Below, piece by piece: positions 8,856 through 18,519 of a stretch of DNA of 64,000 nt. The position numbers and the translations under genes were made by a program. The DNA lies in assembly GCA_964429225.1 (NCBI GenBank), contig CAYSAW010000002.1, positions 33,293-97,292 of the forward strand, read 5' to 3'. The notes beneath the pieces were generated by a model. It had not been told where the DNA came from. It did not search any database and saw nothing but the letters and a program-made list of their open reading frames with translations. This stretch comes from an uncultured bacterium. GTDB taxonomy: Bacteria; Armatimonadota; DTGP01; CAYSAW01. Numbering within the stretch: position 1 is the stretch's first letter; each line of letters opens with the position of its first letter.

Positions 8856-9569
8856 TTAACCCGAATATTGTTCCGCCAATTCCTGGGCTTTTTGGGGATC
8901 TACTTTGATCCCTGGGCCCATAGTAGAAGAAACCGTGATACTCTGAATATATCGTCCTCGGGCGGACTGGGGACGCGCCTGAAGAATCGCTTTCATCAGG
9001 GTTGCAAAGTTCTCGAGTAAGTGTTCCTTAGGGAAAGAAACCTTACCGATAGGAGCGTGGACAATCCCCGCTCTCTCCACCCGGAACTCCACTCGTTTGG
9101 CTTGTTTAATATTCCTTACCACATTACCAATATCCATAGTCACCGTGCCTGCTCGGGGGCTAGGCATTCGAGGGCCGAGGATCCGGCCCAGCTGGCCCAC
9201 CATCTTCATCATATCCGGCGTAGCCACTAGGATATCGAAATCCCGCCAACCGTTGCGGATCTGATTAACCAAGTCTTCGGCTCCCACCACATCCGCTCCG
9301 GCCTCTCGAGCCTCTTCAGCCTTCTCTCCCTGGGCAAAAACAGCCACTTTACGCACCTTACCCGTGCCATAAGGAAGAAGAGTAGTACCCCTCACCATCT
9401 GGTCCCCGTGTCGGGGGTCTACTCCCAGTTTAACCGCAACATCTACAGTCTCATCAAACTTGGCACTCGCTGTTCTCTTCACCAAGTCGAGAGCTTCCTC
9501 AGGAGAGTAGAGGCGGGTTTTATCTACCAGTGCCCGAACCTCTTCATAGCGTTTGCTGTGGACCGGCAT
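8856..9569 (-). CDS. rplA: 50S ribosomal protein L1
   Basis: [10 protein letters not shown]...[27 protein letters not shown], the L1 family signature. 237 aa. Confidence 0.92.
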   Translation of the reverse strand: MPVHSKRYEEVRALVDKTRLYSPEEALDLVKRTASAKFDETVDVAVKLGVDPRHGDQMVRGTTLLPYGTGKVRKVAVFAQGEKAEEAREAGADVVGAEDLVNQIRNGWRDFDILVATPDMMKMVGQLGRILGPRMPSPRAGTVTMDIGNVVRNIKQAKRVEFRVERAGIVHAPIGKVSFPKEHLLENFATLMKAILQARPQSARGRYIQSITVSSTMGPGIKVDPQKAQELAEQYSG

Positions 9570-9639
9570 TTTACATTAACCTCCAGGTACAGACGGGTTG
9601 ATACCCTCCCTTAAGCAGGGACTAGGGTTCATCGAAAAA

Positions 9640-10065
9640 TTATCCAACGATTTCGATGCCCATCGATCGGGCAGTCCCCTCGATAATGCGTGCCGCTTTC
9701 TCCAAATCTTTTGTATTCAAGTCCGGAAGCTTGATCTTAGCAATCTCCAAGAGTTGTTCTCGGGTAATCCGCCCCACCTTAATCCGTCGGTTCTGACCAC
9801 TCCCCTTCTCCACACCAGCTGCCTTCCGGAGGAGTTCCGACGCAGGAGGGGTTTTGGTGACAAAGGTAAAAGAGCGATCATCATAAATCGTAATTTCTAC
9901 AGGGACAATGGTACCCACCTGGTTGGCAGTCTGGGCATTATACTCCTTGACAAAAGCCATAATATTGATCCCGTACTGCCCCAAGGCAGGGCCCACAGGA
10001 GGGGCAGGAGTCGCTTTCCCCGCTGGAATTTGAAGTTTAACCACCGCTAAAACTTTCTTCGCCAT
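9640..10065 (-). CDS. rplK: 50S ribosomal protein L11
   Basis: [43 protein letters not shown], a canonical L11 N-terminus. 141 aa. Confidence 0.93.
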   Translation of the reverse strand: MAKKVLAVVKLQIPAGKATPAPPVGPALGQYGINIMAFVKEYNAQTANQVGTIVPVEITIYDDRSFTFVTKTPPASELLRKAAGVEKGSGQNRRIKVGRITREQLLEIAKIKLPDLNTKDLEKAARIIEGTARSMGIEIVG

Positions 10066-10071
10066 ACTTCC

Positions 10072-10599
10072 TCACTCCATCTTCTCCACTTGGGTAAACT
10101 CTAGCTCTACAGGAGTATCCCGACCAAAGAGCTCTATCATCACTTTAAGGCGTTCTTTCTCCAAATTCACTTCTTCAATCTTGCCCGTAAGCTCCGCAAA
10201 AGGCCCTGTGAGGACCCGTACTGTATCCCCTTTATTCCACTTGACTTTGGGTCGCTGTTTGCTTTCCTGAACGCTTCTCAGGATATGTTGGATCTCTTCA
10301 TCTTTAATGGGCACAGGTCGGTTACCGGAACTCACAAATCCGGTAACCCCTGTGGTGTTGCGAACCAAGTGCCAGGTTTGATCATCCAGAACCATTTCAA
10401 TGAGGATGTAACCAGGGAAGATTTTCCTCCGAACAGAAACCCGTTTCCCCCCCCGAACTCGAAGCTCCTCTTCAGTAGGGATCAGAATCCGAAAAATCTT
10501 GTCCTGAAGCCCCAAGGACTTAGCCCGGCGGAGAATATTAACTCTTACTTTATTCTCGTGTCCCGAAAGGGTATGAACCGCGTACCAATGTTTCTCCAT
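10072..10599 (-). CDS. nusG: Transcription termination/antitermination factor NusG
   Basis: N-terminus WYAVHTLSGHENKV. KOW motif region (GDTVRVLTGPFAELTGKIEEV). Conserved position between secE and rplK. Confidence 0.9.
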   Translation of the reverse strand: MEKHWYAVHTLSGHENKVRVNILRRAKSLGLQDKIFRILIPTEEELRVRGGKRVSVRRKIFPGYILIEMVLDDQTWHLVRNTTGVTGFVSSGNRPVPIKDEEIQHILRSVQESKQRPKVKWNKGDTVRVLTGPFAELTGKIEEVNLEKERLKVMIELFGRDTPVELEFTQVEKME

Positions 10600-10664
10600 A
10601 CTACTCCCCCCTACAGGGGTAAGAGCTCCTTACACTCTTCCCCCGCCGAGGTGACGACTCAGCG

Positions 10665-10973
10665 TTAATGTCCTACAATGCGTCGAATAATACCCGCAAT
10701 AATGACATCAAGCAATCCGATATAAAGGGCGATAACAAACACGGTTCCAATGACTACCGCAGTAGAGCGAACTAATTCCTCCCGGGTGGGCCAAGAGGTT
10801 TTCCATCGGAGTTCCACCCAAGTCTCTTGGAAAAACTTCTTGGCTTTGGCCCACCGGCTCACGAGCTTAGAACGGAGGGGAGAGACCTTCGAGGGAGCTT
10901 TCGTGGCAGTGGTCTCTTTAGCCTCCCGCCTCCCGCTTTCCTTAACAACCTTTTTCGTGGTAGTGTGCGCCAT
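10665..10973 (-). CDS. secE: Preprotein translocase subunit SecE
   Basis: C-terminal single TM helix with KKFFQETWVELRWKTSWPTREEL...VVIGTVFVIALYIGLLD. I chose the start at MAHTTTKK. The track ORF extends to 11015, an alternative start. Confidence 0.75.
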   Translation of the reverse strand: MAHTTTKKVVKESGRREAKETTATKAPSKVSPLRSKLVSRWAKAKKFFQETWVELRWKTSWPTREELVRSTAVVIGTVFVIALYIGLLDVIIAGIIRRIVGH

Positions 10974-11162
10974 TCCACCAACCCCTTTAACCCCATCTGC
11001 CGAGAAAGATGGCAAAATTTAAGCCCAACGCCTCCTACCCGCACCCCGGCGTTGGACATTCACTTTAGCTTAGCATAGCTCCCGACAGGTGTCAAGCTTC
11101 CCCCCCTCTTCCTTTTTCTTCCCCTTTACCCCACCCCTAGAGGGATGAGGAGCTCACCAAGA

Positions 11163-11235
11163 CGCCCTCGGCAGGATTCGAACCTGCGACCCACTGCTTA
11201 GAAGGCAGTTGCTCTGTCCCCTGAGCTACGAGGGC
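11163..11235 (-). tRNA. tRNA-Arg (anticodon TCT)
   Basis: Manual cloverleaf, 73 nt, CCA not encoded. Acceptor GCCCTCG/CGAGGGC. D-arm GCTC-AGGGGACA-GAGC. Anticodon stem ACTGC/GCAGT with loop CTTCTAA. Variable loop GGGTC. T-arm GCAGG-TTCGAAT-CCTGC. Discriminator G. Confidence 0.85.
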
Positions 11236-11367
11236 ACTCTCCAAGGAGGCCACCCCCTCTATATGTAGGGCACACTTCACCTGCCAGAAGCCCTCACTCT
11301 TATTTTACTGAGGGTCAGGTGTTCTTGTCAAAGGACCCCCCTCCCAAAGTATAGACCCTTTGCCGAA

Positions 11368-13323
11368 GTGATGAGTAGTAGGGAGCTAGGAAGAGAGAAC
11401 GAAGGGAATAATGGAGCCCAATTCCTTATATCCACCTTGACTGAAGAGATGATAACCAATACCTGGCTCTCTATGATTAAAGGACGATTAACGCTAACCC
11501 TCTTACTCCTCCTTACCTGCCTAGGAATCTACTCCCGAGCAAAAGCAGAAGAGGAATCCATAAAAATCGGGGTATTCCGAGACCTTCGCTTATGGGCCTC
11601 TTTATACTGCCGAGGAGTACCCATTGACTACCTAGAAGATCTAGAGCTTCTCCCTTCTAAAGGATACCACCTCCTGCTGGTACAGGCCTCAGAGATTGAA
11701 AACCCCAAGGATCTCCTAACCCTCCTAAGGTATAGTCAAGAAGCCTCCCTCTTCCTATTAGGATGGGGGCCTTTGATAGACTCTCTTCCTAAGGAGGAGC
11801 AGAGACTCTGGGAAGAACTCTCCTCCTCCCTAGGGCTTCATCACCTTCGCTGGGTGCCCCAAGGGAGGAGATGGATCCGGCTCCGAGAGGAGGAGTTCTC
11901 TCCATCCCCCGGACTCCCAACCGTTCTCGACCTAGGGGAAGGACCTTCCCTGAGTGCAGAAGTTCAAGAAGGAGGCCGAGTTCTTGCCGAATGGGTCACC
12001 TCTCAGGGAACAGAAGTGGAAAAGGGACGCAGTGCCTGCTTGATACAAAGGGGAAAGCACTTATGGCTCTCTTTCGACTTTAAGATGCGCGGCGGGGATT
12101 TAGATATCCTCTTAAACCTTCTCCTCCAAACCCTCCGATATTCTCTGCCGGAGTTAAAACTCAGAAGCCTTCCCGAGAAACAAAACATCCCCTCGGTAAA
12201 AGGTCCTCCCAAGGAACAGATCTTGGCCCTCCCCTGGGAGGTTTTATCCTCCTTTAAAGAGTATCCTCCTCCTTCCTCTTTTTCTCCCCTCTGGAACGGC
12301 CTTGCTTTAGAGCTGGCCCGGGCGGGACAGGCCCTCTATCCCTCGGACTATCAAGTGATCGCTCCCAAAAGCTGGGGAAACCTAGAGGACTGGATAGTGC
12401 GGCTAAAAGCCGAAGGGCTACGCCTTTATCTCCTTTTCCCTCTTCTATCGGCCGGGGAGAAGAGGCTACAAGGCCCCTTACTCCGGTATAAGCCCGATTG
12501 GGGCCTCTTCCCTCCTTCTTCCACAGAGGAGTTCTGGTTCAATCCCTCCCTACCCGCTTTCAGGGAGTGGAGTCGAGAGGCCTTAGCAGAGATTCTGAAA
12601 GCCCTCCCTTGGGATGGCGTCCTCCTTACCGATTGGATACCCCCTAGGGAAAAGACCCTAGAATATCTCCCCGCATCGCGCTTACTCGTTACTGAACTCT
12701 GCTCGGTTGTCCGACGGATCCGAAGGAGCTTAGTCATCGGCTTAGAGGACGACGGAAGCTTAGGGAGTGGACTTCCCATAGATTTTTATTTCCACCCTCA
12801 GCCTCCTAAAAGGCTTCACCTACTATCTTTAATCTCTTTTCAGATAAGCCCTTATTGGTGGTTAGAACCAGATAGGTGGAAGCTGGAGGAAAGCTCCTTG
12901 GGGTTCCTCCTCTGGTGGAGGCCCGAACTACCTCTTCAGATGATAAGTCTTCCGGGGCCACCCGGGCAGAAAAAGATGGCCAAAGCCTCTCTTCAGGACC
13001 CCATCGCAACCGCTTTGTACTACTGCGCTCAAGTACTGGAATTCACTGCTTCGAGAAAGGTGGAAAAGGCCCTTTTGGAGATCAATCTCGCTCTATCGAC
13101 TGAGGAGCAGGAAAAGCGTATCCATCTGCTAAAGCAGGCTCAATCCCTGTTAGTCCAGGAACTTCGCCAGAGAAAAGAGGCACCCTATCATCCCACACCT
13201 ATGGGGGATTTAAGGAGGAAAATGGGTCTTGCAATAGGACTTATTAGCTTACAGGTCCGAAATGAGGCCCCCACTCCTTTGCCAGACGCTGGCCTTGAGC
13301 CAGAAGTCGTTCCATCTCGGTAG
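11368..13323 (+). CDS. Hypothetical secreted/membrane-anchored protein (about 650 aa), function unknown
   Basis: Long ORF with a hydrophobic N-terminal signal-like segment (LTLTLLLLLTCLGIYS). The true start may be an internal Met (MIKGRL). The 3' end overlaps the convergent aldo/keto reductase gene by 80 bp. Confidence 0.5.
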   Translation: MMSSRELGRENEGNNGAQFLISTLTEEMITNTWLSMIKGRLTLTLLLLLTCLGIYSRAKAEEESIKIGVFRDLRLWASLYCRGVPIDYLEDLELLPSKGYHLLLVQASEIENPKDLLTLLRYSQEASLFLLGWGPLIDSLPKEEQRLWEELSSSLGLHHLRWVPQGRRWIRLREEEFSPSPGLPTVLDLGEGPSLSAEVQEGGRVLAEWVTSQGTEVEKGRSACLIQRGKHLWLSFDFKMRGGDLDILLNLLLQTLRYSLPELKLRSLPEKQNIPSVKGPPKEQILALPWEVLSSFKEYPPPSSFSPLWNGLALELARAGQALYPSDYQVIAPKSWGNLEDWIVRLKAEGLRLYLLFPLLSAGEKRLQGPLLRYKPDWGLFPPSSTEEFWFNPSLPAFREWSREALAEILKALPWDGVLLTDWIPPREKTLEYLPASRLLVTELCSVVRRIRRSLVIGLEDDGSLGSGLPIDFYFHPQPPKRLHLLSLISFQISPYWWLEPDRWKLEESSLGFLLWWRPELPLQMISLPGPPGQKKMAKASLQDPIATALYYCAQVLEFTASRKVEKALLEINLALSTEEQEKRIHLLKQAQSLLVQELRQRKEAPYHPTPMGDLRRKMGLAIGLISLQVRNEAPTPLPDAGLEPEVVPSR

Positions 13324-14215
13324 CGGTTAAAGGGCGGAAACTGCGAGCCACTTTCACTGCTTGCTCCACCTGCACCAGATCACGCATTCCTATCACAGCG
13401 ATAGCTACTCCGGGGAGGCTTAGGGCGTATCGGAGGGCGTCGGAATAAGCTTCACCCGATAACCGTCCTGGAGCGGGAGGATGGTATTGAAACCCAACTG
13501 GTCCTCCGAGGACCTTCATTGCAGCGATCCCTAAATTGCGTTTCCGAGCTTCTGGAAGGACTCTCTCTTCAAAGTTATAAGTAAAGCGATCTACATAATT
13601 AATAGCTACCATCAGGGCATCAATTTGTCCTGTCCGCAGAGCTGGGAGAAACTTACCAGGGCGATTATGACCACTTACCCCGATGAAGCGAAGCCATCCT
13701 CTGGCCTTAGCCTCGAGTAAACCTGCCAATGCTCCATCCTTGCCTAACACCAAGTCCACATCCTCATCCCCAAGACTATGCAAGTGAACTAGGTCTAAAC
13801 GATCGGTCTGAAGGCGTCTTAAGCTCTCTTGAACCTGGCGTAAAGCTCCCTCTTTGTCCTGCTCCTCGACTTTAGTGACCAGGAAGATCTCTTCCCTCCG
13901 CCGTTTCACTACAGGGCCTAATTTTTCCTCCACATTACCGTAATTGGGGGCAGTATCAATATAAGTAACCCCTCGATCAATCGCTCCGTTAACCACCTTT
14001 TCTACTTCCTTCTGGGGAAAATCCTGAAGGGTTGCGGAACCTAGCCCAATAATGGGGACCCTCACCCGGGTTCTACCGAAAAGGCGAGTAGGGAGAGAAC
14101 CCCCTCCCTCCCGGGCTTCGGCTATGGTTCCTCCGGTGATAAGATGATCCGCAAGGGTTAGGCCTCCAGCACTCGAGACGATCCTCTCCAGGAATTCTCG
14201 GCGAGTGATTTTCAT
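13244..14215 (-). CDS. Aldo/keto reductase, probably Tat-exported
   Basis: Twin-arginine-like N-terminus MKITRREFLERIVSSAGGLTLA. AKR motifs IIGLGSATL and GVTYIDTAPNYGN. Confidence 0.85.
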   Translation of the reverse strand: MKITRREFLERIVSSAGGLTLADHLITGGTIAEAREGGGSLPTRLFGRTRVRVPIIGLGSATLQDFPQKEVEKVVNGAIDRGVTYIDTAPNYGNVEEKLGPVVKRRREEIFLVTKVEEQDKEGALRQVQESLRRLQTDRLDLVHLHSLGDEDVDLVLGKDGALAGLLEAKARGWLRFIGVSGHNRPGKFLPALRTGQIDALMVAINYVDRFTYNFEERVLPEARKRNLGIAAMKVLGGPVGFQYHPPAPGRLSGEAYSDALRYALSLPGVAIAVIGMRDLVQVEQAVKVARSFRPLTATEMERLLAQGQRLAKEWGPHFGPVS

Positions 14216-14282
14216 CCCCCGACCCTCCCAACCAAGGCTTTCCGAAAAACTCTTTCCCTAAGCAAAGGGAGTTTTCCTCCCT

Positions 14283-15308
14283 TCAGGGAGATGCAAATAG
14301 CAAGCGATCCAGGAGAACCACCAAGAAGAGGCCGACACTTAGGAAACCGTTGGCGGTAAAAAAGGCAGCGTTCACTCGGGAGAGATCGTTGGGTTTTACT
14401 AAGCGGTGTTGCCAAACTAGGAGGAAGGTAACCAAAGCAAGCCCCACAAAATAGAAAGGACCTAAGTGGGCTACGCGCCATAGAAGAAGGAGAAGAAACG
14501 CCATCCCTAGGTGGAGTAACGTGGAGAGTCTCAGGGCAAAGGGAATCCCGAAGCGGGCTGGCACCGAAAATAACCCAAGCCGACGGTCAAATTCCACATC
14601 TTGGCAAGCATACAGGAGATCAAAACCTGCCGTCCAGAGAGTTACTGCTCCCGCAAGCAAAAGAGCGGGAAGCTCGAGAGTCCCTCGAACGGCAATCCAA
14701 GCCCCAGCAGGAGCAATCCCTAGGCAAAAACCTAGGATTAAATGGGACCAAACTGTAAACCGTTTGGTAAAAGAGTAACCCCAAAGAATCACCAAGGCCA
14801 AAGGAGAGAGGGCAAAGGCAAGGGAATTAATCCGGCTGGCAGAAAAAAGGAAGAGGCCAGCGGAAAGGATCACAAAGACCCAGGCCTCCGAAATTTTCAG
14901 CACTCCAGCAGGCAAAGCCCGATCGCGCGTGCGGGGGTTAAGGGCATCATAATGCCGATCCACAATCCGATTAAAGCCCATAGCGGTGGAACGGGCGGAA
15001 ACCATCGCCACCAACACCCATCCTAGAATAGACCAAGGAATAGACCTCTCGCAAGCTAGCAAAAAAGAGATCATCGCAAAAGGCAGAGCGAAAACCGAGT
15101 GCTGGAATTTAACAAATTCCAAGTAAACTCCTATTTTACTCACTAAAGGAAGATTTTTGACCAAGCCCAAGATCCTCCTCCCCAATGTGACACAAGTATT
15201 TTTTTTGCGTTTATCTTTTGGACAGTGGAAATCAGCCGTTATCATCTTAATTTCCCCTTCTTTCAGCGTCAACTCACCGGAAAGAAGGTGGAACCTTGCC
15301 GTTTTCAA
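14283..15308 (-). CDS. UbiA-family aromatic prenyltransferase (4-hydroxybenzoate polyprenyltransferase / MqnP-like)
   Basis: YLEFVKFQHSVFALPFAMISFLLA followed by multiple TM helices and an NRIVDRHYDALNPRTRDR Asp-rich motif region. Start codon uncertain; internal Met candidates exist. Confidence 0.75.
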   Translation of the reverse strand: MKTARFHLLSGELTLKEGEIKMITADFHCPKDKRKKNTCVTLGRRILGLVKNLPLVSKIGVYLEFVKFQHSVFALPFAMISFLLACERSIPWSILGWVLVAMVSARSTAMGFNRIVDRHYDALNPRTRDRALPAGVLKISEAWVFVILSAGLFLFSASRINSLAFALSPLALVILWGYSFTKRFTVWSHLILGFCLGIAPAGAWIAVRGTLELPALLLAGAVTLWTAGFDLLYACQDVEFDRRLGLFSVPARFGIPFALRLSTLLHLGMAFLLLLLWRVAHLGPFYFVGLALVTFLLVWQHRLVKPNDLSRVNAAFFTANGFLSVGLFLVVLLDRLLFASP

Positions 15309-15618
15309 GAAGTTAGCATAAAGCAGGCTTTAGCCCGCGCAGGGCTAAGGGGGAGAAAGAGTAACTCCCTACCGGTACGGGTAAAACAAGAAGGGGCAGA
15401 AAAGATTAAGTTTTTATCGCGCCTTAGGAGTTTTGAAACTTATTCCTTAAAAGTTACTCAAGGGGCTCCCCACTCTTCCCCTAGGCGAGAGATAGCTCCA
15501 TTAAAGAGGGAGAGCCTTGAGAAGATTACGAGAGTTACCGAAGATAGAAGTGGGTTTTCATCGCACCCTAGGAGTATGGAAACAGGGTATTGAAACGAAA
15601 GAGGAGAGAAGGAGAGGG

Positions 15619-16956
15619 ATGGGACGCATTATTATTCGAGGTGGGCATCGGCTAGAAGGAGATGTTTGGCTGAGTGGAAGCAAGAACTCTTGCTTAGCCC
15701 TCATGGCAGCAAGCCTTCTAGCAGAAGGGGTTACCGTTCTGGACAACGTCCCCCGAATTGGGGACGTGGAAACGATGAGCGAAATGCTCTCCCGGTTGGG
15801 AGTTCGAGTGAAATGGATAGGAGAGCATCGCTTGGAGATTGACACTCGCTCTCTAGCAACCACAGAGGCCCCCTATGACCTCGTGCGCCGGATGCGGGCC
15901 TCCTTTAATATTCTCGGCCCCCTTTTGGCCCGAACAGGTCATGCCCGGGTGGCTCAGCCAGGAGGGTGTGATATTGGGACCCGGGGCATTGATTACCACA
16001 TTAAAGGGCTTCGAATGATGGGAGCCCACATTGAAGCGGAACATGGTTTTATCGAAGCCCGAACCCCACGCCTAAAAGGTGCCCATATCTTTCTGGACTA
16101 TCCCTCTGTAGGAGCAACTTGCCATCTTCTCACCTCCGCAGTCCTCGCGGAAGGGGAAACGATCATCGAAAACTCTGCTATTGAGCCTGAAATTGTAGAC
16201 CTGGCTCGGATGCTCCGGTTGATGGGAGCCCAAATCCATGGAGCCGGAACTCGCACCCTTAGGGTTCAAGGAGTCAGAAAATTAACCCCTGTTTGCTACC
16301 GTGCTATCCCCGACCGAATTGAAGCCGGAACCTGGCTGATCGCCGCAGGAATTACCCAAGGAGACATCCTTATCCGTAATGCGGTAGTAGATCATATCAC
16401 CCCTATCCTGTTAAAACTTCGAGAAATGGGCCTGGAAATTGAGGTGCAAAAACCCTCTCTTAGGGTTTTTGATGAAGATTTTACAGACCCCGAGCCTGTG
16501 GCAATGATTCGCGCTAAAGGGCCCCATAGACCGAAAGCAACCGATTTCGTAGTGACACCTCACCCCGGCTTCCCTACCGATATGCAACCTCCTATAGTCG
16601 CCCTTCTCAGCATCTCTCAAGGAACCGCTGTGGTGAAAGAAACGGTTTTCGACCGCAGGTTTCGGTATGTAGAGGAATTGAATCGTATGGGAGCAAACAT
16701 TACTGTGTCAGAACAAACAGCGGTGGTAAAAGGCGTTGAGAATTTGACCGGCACCCACGTCAACGCTCCTGATCTCCGAGGAGGTGTGGCTCTTGTGCTC
16801 GCAGCCCTGCGCGCTCAAGGAGAAACCGAGGTAGGAGAAGTTCATCACATTGACCGGGGCTATGAGGATCTTGTCCCCAAACTCCTAAAATTAGGGGCGG
16901 ATGCTCTTTATGAAAAGGGTAAAGGCCTTTCATCCGTATCCCTATGCTTGGCCTAG
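15619..16956 (+). CDS. murA: UDP-N-acetylglucosamine 1-carboxyvinyltransferase
   Basis: MGRIIIRGGHRLEGDVWLSGSKNSCLALMAAS, a canonical MurA N-terminus. GGAGAG Shine-Dalgarno sequence before the ATG at 15619. The track ORF starts at 15517, which I consider too long. Confidence 0.9.
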   Translation: MGRIIIRGGHRLEGDVWLSGSKNSCLALMAASLLAEGVTVLDNVPRIGDVETMSEMLSRLGVRVKWIGEHRLEIDTRSLATTEAPYDLVRRMRASFNILGPLLARTGHARVAQPGGCDIGTRGIDYHIKGLRMMGAHIEAEHGFIEARTPRLKGAHIFLDYPSVGATCHLLTSAVLAEGETIIENSAIEPEIVDLARMLRLMGAQIHGAGTRTLRVQGVRKLTPVCYRAIPDRIEAGTWLIAAGITQGDILIRNAVVDHITPILLKLREMGLEIEVQKPSLRVFDEDFTDPEPVAMIRAKGPHRPKATDFVVTPHPGFPTDMQPPIVALLSISQGTAVVKETVFDRRFRYVEELNRMGANITVSEQTAVVKGVENLTGTHVNAPDLRGGVALVLAALRAQGETEVGEVHHIDRGYEDLVPKLLKLGADALYEKGKGLSSVSLCLA

Positions 16957-16974
16957 GGTCTTCATCACACCGCA

Positions 16975-18021
16975 GTGGTTCGAAATATGTTTAGCCTAAT
17001 TCCAGCTATCGGCATTGACCTAGGAACGACAAGCATCTTAGTCTATGTTAAGGGAAAAGGTATCGTTATTAATGAACCTTCGGTACTAGCGGTTACCCGG
17101 GGGACCAAAGAGATCCAAGCGGTGGGAGAAGAAGCCCGCAAGATGCTAGGCCGCACTCCAGGGAATATTGTTGCTGTACGCCCTTTGTGTGATGGAGTCA
17201 TTGCGGAATACACCAGCACTCAAAAACTTTTAGAAATCCTCATCCGCCGAGCTTGCGGCCGGCGGATGACCCTCTTTAAACCACGAGTCCTCATCTCTGT
17301 CCCCTCCGATGCCACGAGTGTCGAACGGCGAGCGGTCCTGCAAGCAGCCCGAGAAGCAGGAGCGGGAGTTGCCCACTATATCGAGGAGCCCATCGCCGCT
17401 GCCATCGGAGCTGGCCTCCCTATCCAAGACCCCCGCGGGAATATGGTGGTGGATATTGGCGGAGGAACAACGGATATCGCGGTGATCTCTATGGGAGGTA
17501 TTGTTGCGAGCAAGGCCATCCGAATCGGGGGGAACAAGATGGACGAAATGATCGCCCGCTACATCAAAAGCGAGTACAACGTCCAAGTCGGAGAGCGCAC
17601 CGCCGAGGAGATCAAAATTAATATCGGCTCTGCATACCCCCTCCAACAAGATCTCTCAATGGAAGTTCGCGGGCGAGACCTCGTTACCGGCCTGCCTAAA
17701 ACCATTCGGGTAACCTCCGAAGAGATCCGAGAAGCTATTGCGGAACCAGTTAATGCTATTGTGGAAAAAGTCAAAGCAGTCCTCCTCGAAACTCCTCCTG
17801 AATTAGCTGCTGACATCATTGAAACAGGAATTTACCTCACGGGTGGAGGCGCCCTCCTCCGAGGCCTCGATACCCTGATCACTAAAGAAACAGGCATCCA
17901 AACAAAAATTGCTGAAGACCCCCTAACCTGCGTCGCCATCGGCACCGGAAGGGCTTTGGACCACTTCAAGGCCATCGAAAAGGGTAAACGCTTCGAGGAG
18001 CAACCTTCCTTCTCTTTCTAA
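16975..18021 (+). CDS. mreB: Rod shape-determining protein MreB
   Basis: IGIDLGTTSILVYVKGKGIVINEPSVLAV...DIGGGTTDIAVIS, actin-like ATPase motifs. The start could be the internal ATG at 16987 (MFSLIPAIGIDLG). Confidence 0.9.
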   Translation: MVRNMFSLIPAIGIDLGTTSILVYVKGKGIVINEPSVLAVTRGTKEIQAVGEEARKMLGRTPGNIVAVRPLCDGVIAEYTSTQKLLEILIRRACGRRMTLFKPRVLISVPSDATSVERRAVLQAAREAGAGVAHYIEEPIAAAIGAGLPIQDPRGNMVVDIGGGTTDIAVISMGGIVASKAIRIGGNKMDEMIARYIKSEYNVQVGERTAEEIKINIGSAYPLQQDLSMEVRGRDLVTGLPKTIRVTSEEIREAIAEPVNAIVEKVKAVLLETPPELAADIIETGIYLTGGGALLRGLDTLITKETGIQTKIAEDPLTCVAIGTGRALDHFKAIEKGKRFEEQPSFSF

Positions 18022-18059
18022 CCCTCCTAAGAATAACTCCCTAACCCGCCCAAGAGAAG

Positions 18060-18104
18060 ACCGGGAGAAGAGGATTGAAGGCCCTTCTCCCGGTTCTCTT
18101 TTAA
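18060..18104 (+). terminator. Intrinsic terminator downstream of mreB
   Basis: Perfect 11-bp stem accgggagaag / cttctcccggt around a 13-nt loop, followed by tctcttttaa. Confidence 0.6.
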
Positions 18105-18219
18105 CCTTTAACCCCCTTAAGAGGTAAAATCTAAACATCAAAACTACCTAGCTCCACTTGCTCACGCCGGGTGTTTAAAAGAGCATATTTCTTCAGATGT
18201 AACGGGCCGGGGTTAATAA

Positions 18220-18456
18220 CTAACGCCGAGCCAATATATTTTCATAAGCTGGAGTATCCCCCATTCCGCAGATCAGAAACTGAGGATCAAAGGTTTTAAT
18301 CAGAGTGCGCACGATCTCGCTCCCTATATGGGTACCCTCATGGAGGTCAACGTGTTGCCCCTTCGGTGGATGATGAAATACGAAGATAGGCACCTGATCC
18401 AGATAATCGAGGACGTCTAAAGTCCATTCCAGCTCCCAACGAGGGTACTTCAGCAA
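18220..18456 (-). CDS. Small ORF (78 aa) resembling the C-terminal part of a metallophosphoesterase; possibly a gene fragment
   Basis: ...VPIFVFHHPPKG...LHEGTHIGSE... resembles the C-terminal GHxH-like region of calcineurin-type phosphoesterases. No N-terminal domain is present. Weak call. Confidence 0.25.
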   Translation of the reverse strand: MLKYPRWELEWTLDVLDYLDQVPIFVFHHPPKGQHVDLHEGTHIGSEIVRTLIKTFDPQFLICGMGDTPAYENILARR

Positions 18457-18519
18457 GAGAGAAGAGAAAGCAATCGCTAACCCAAAGCTACCCTCTCCGC
18501 CCTCTTCCCAAAGAAGAGT

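Noticed and set aside
11163-11235. The tRNA anticodon first read as CTA, which would make it an amber suppressor.
   Set aside because: Re-parsing the cloverleaf with a 5-bp anticodon stem (ACTGC/GCAGT) puts TCT at positions 34-36. That is ordinary tRNA-Arg(UCU).
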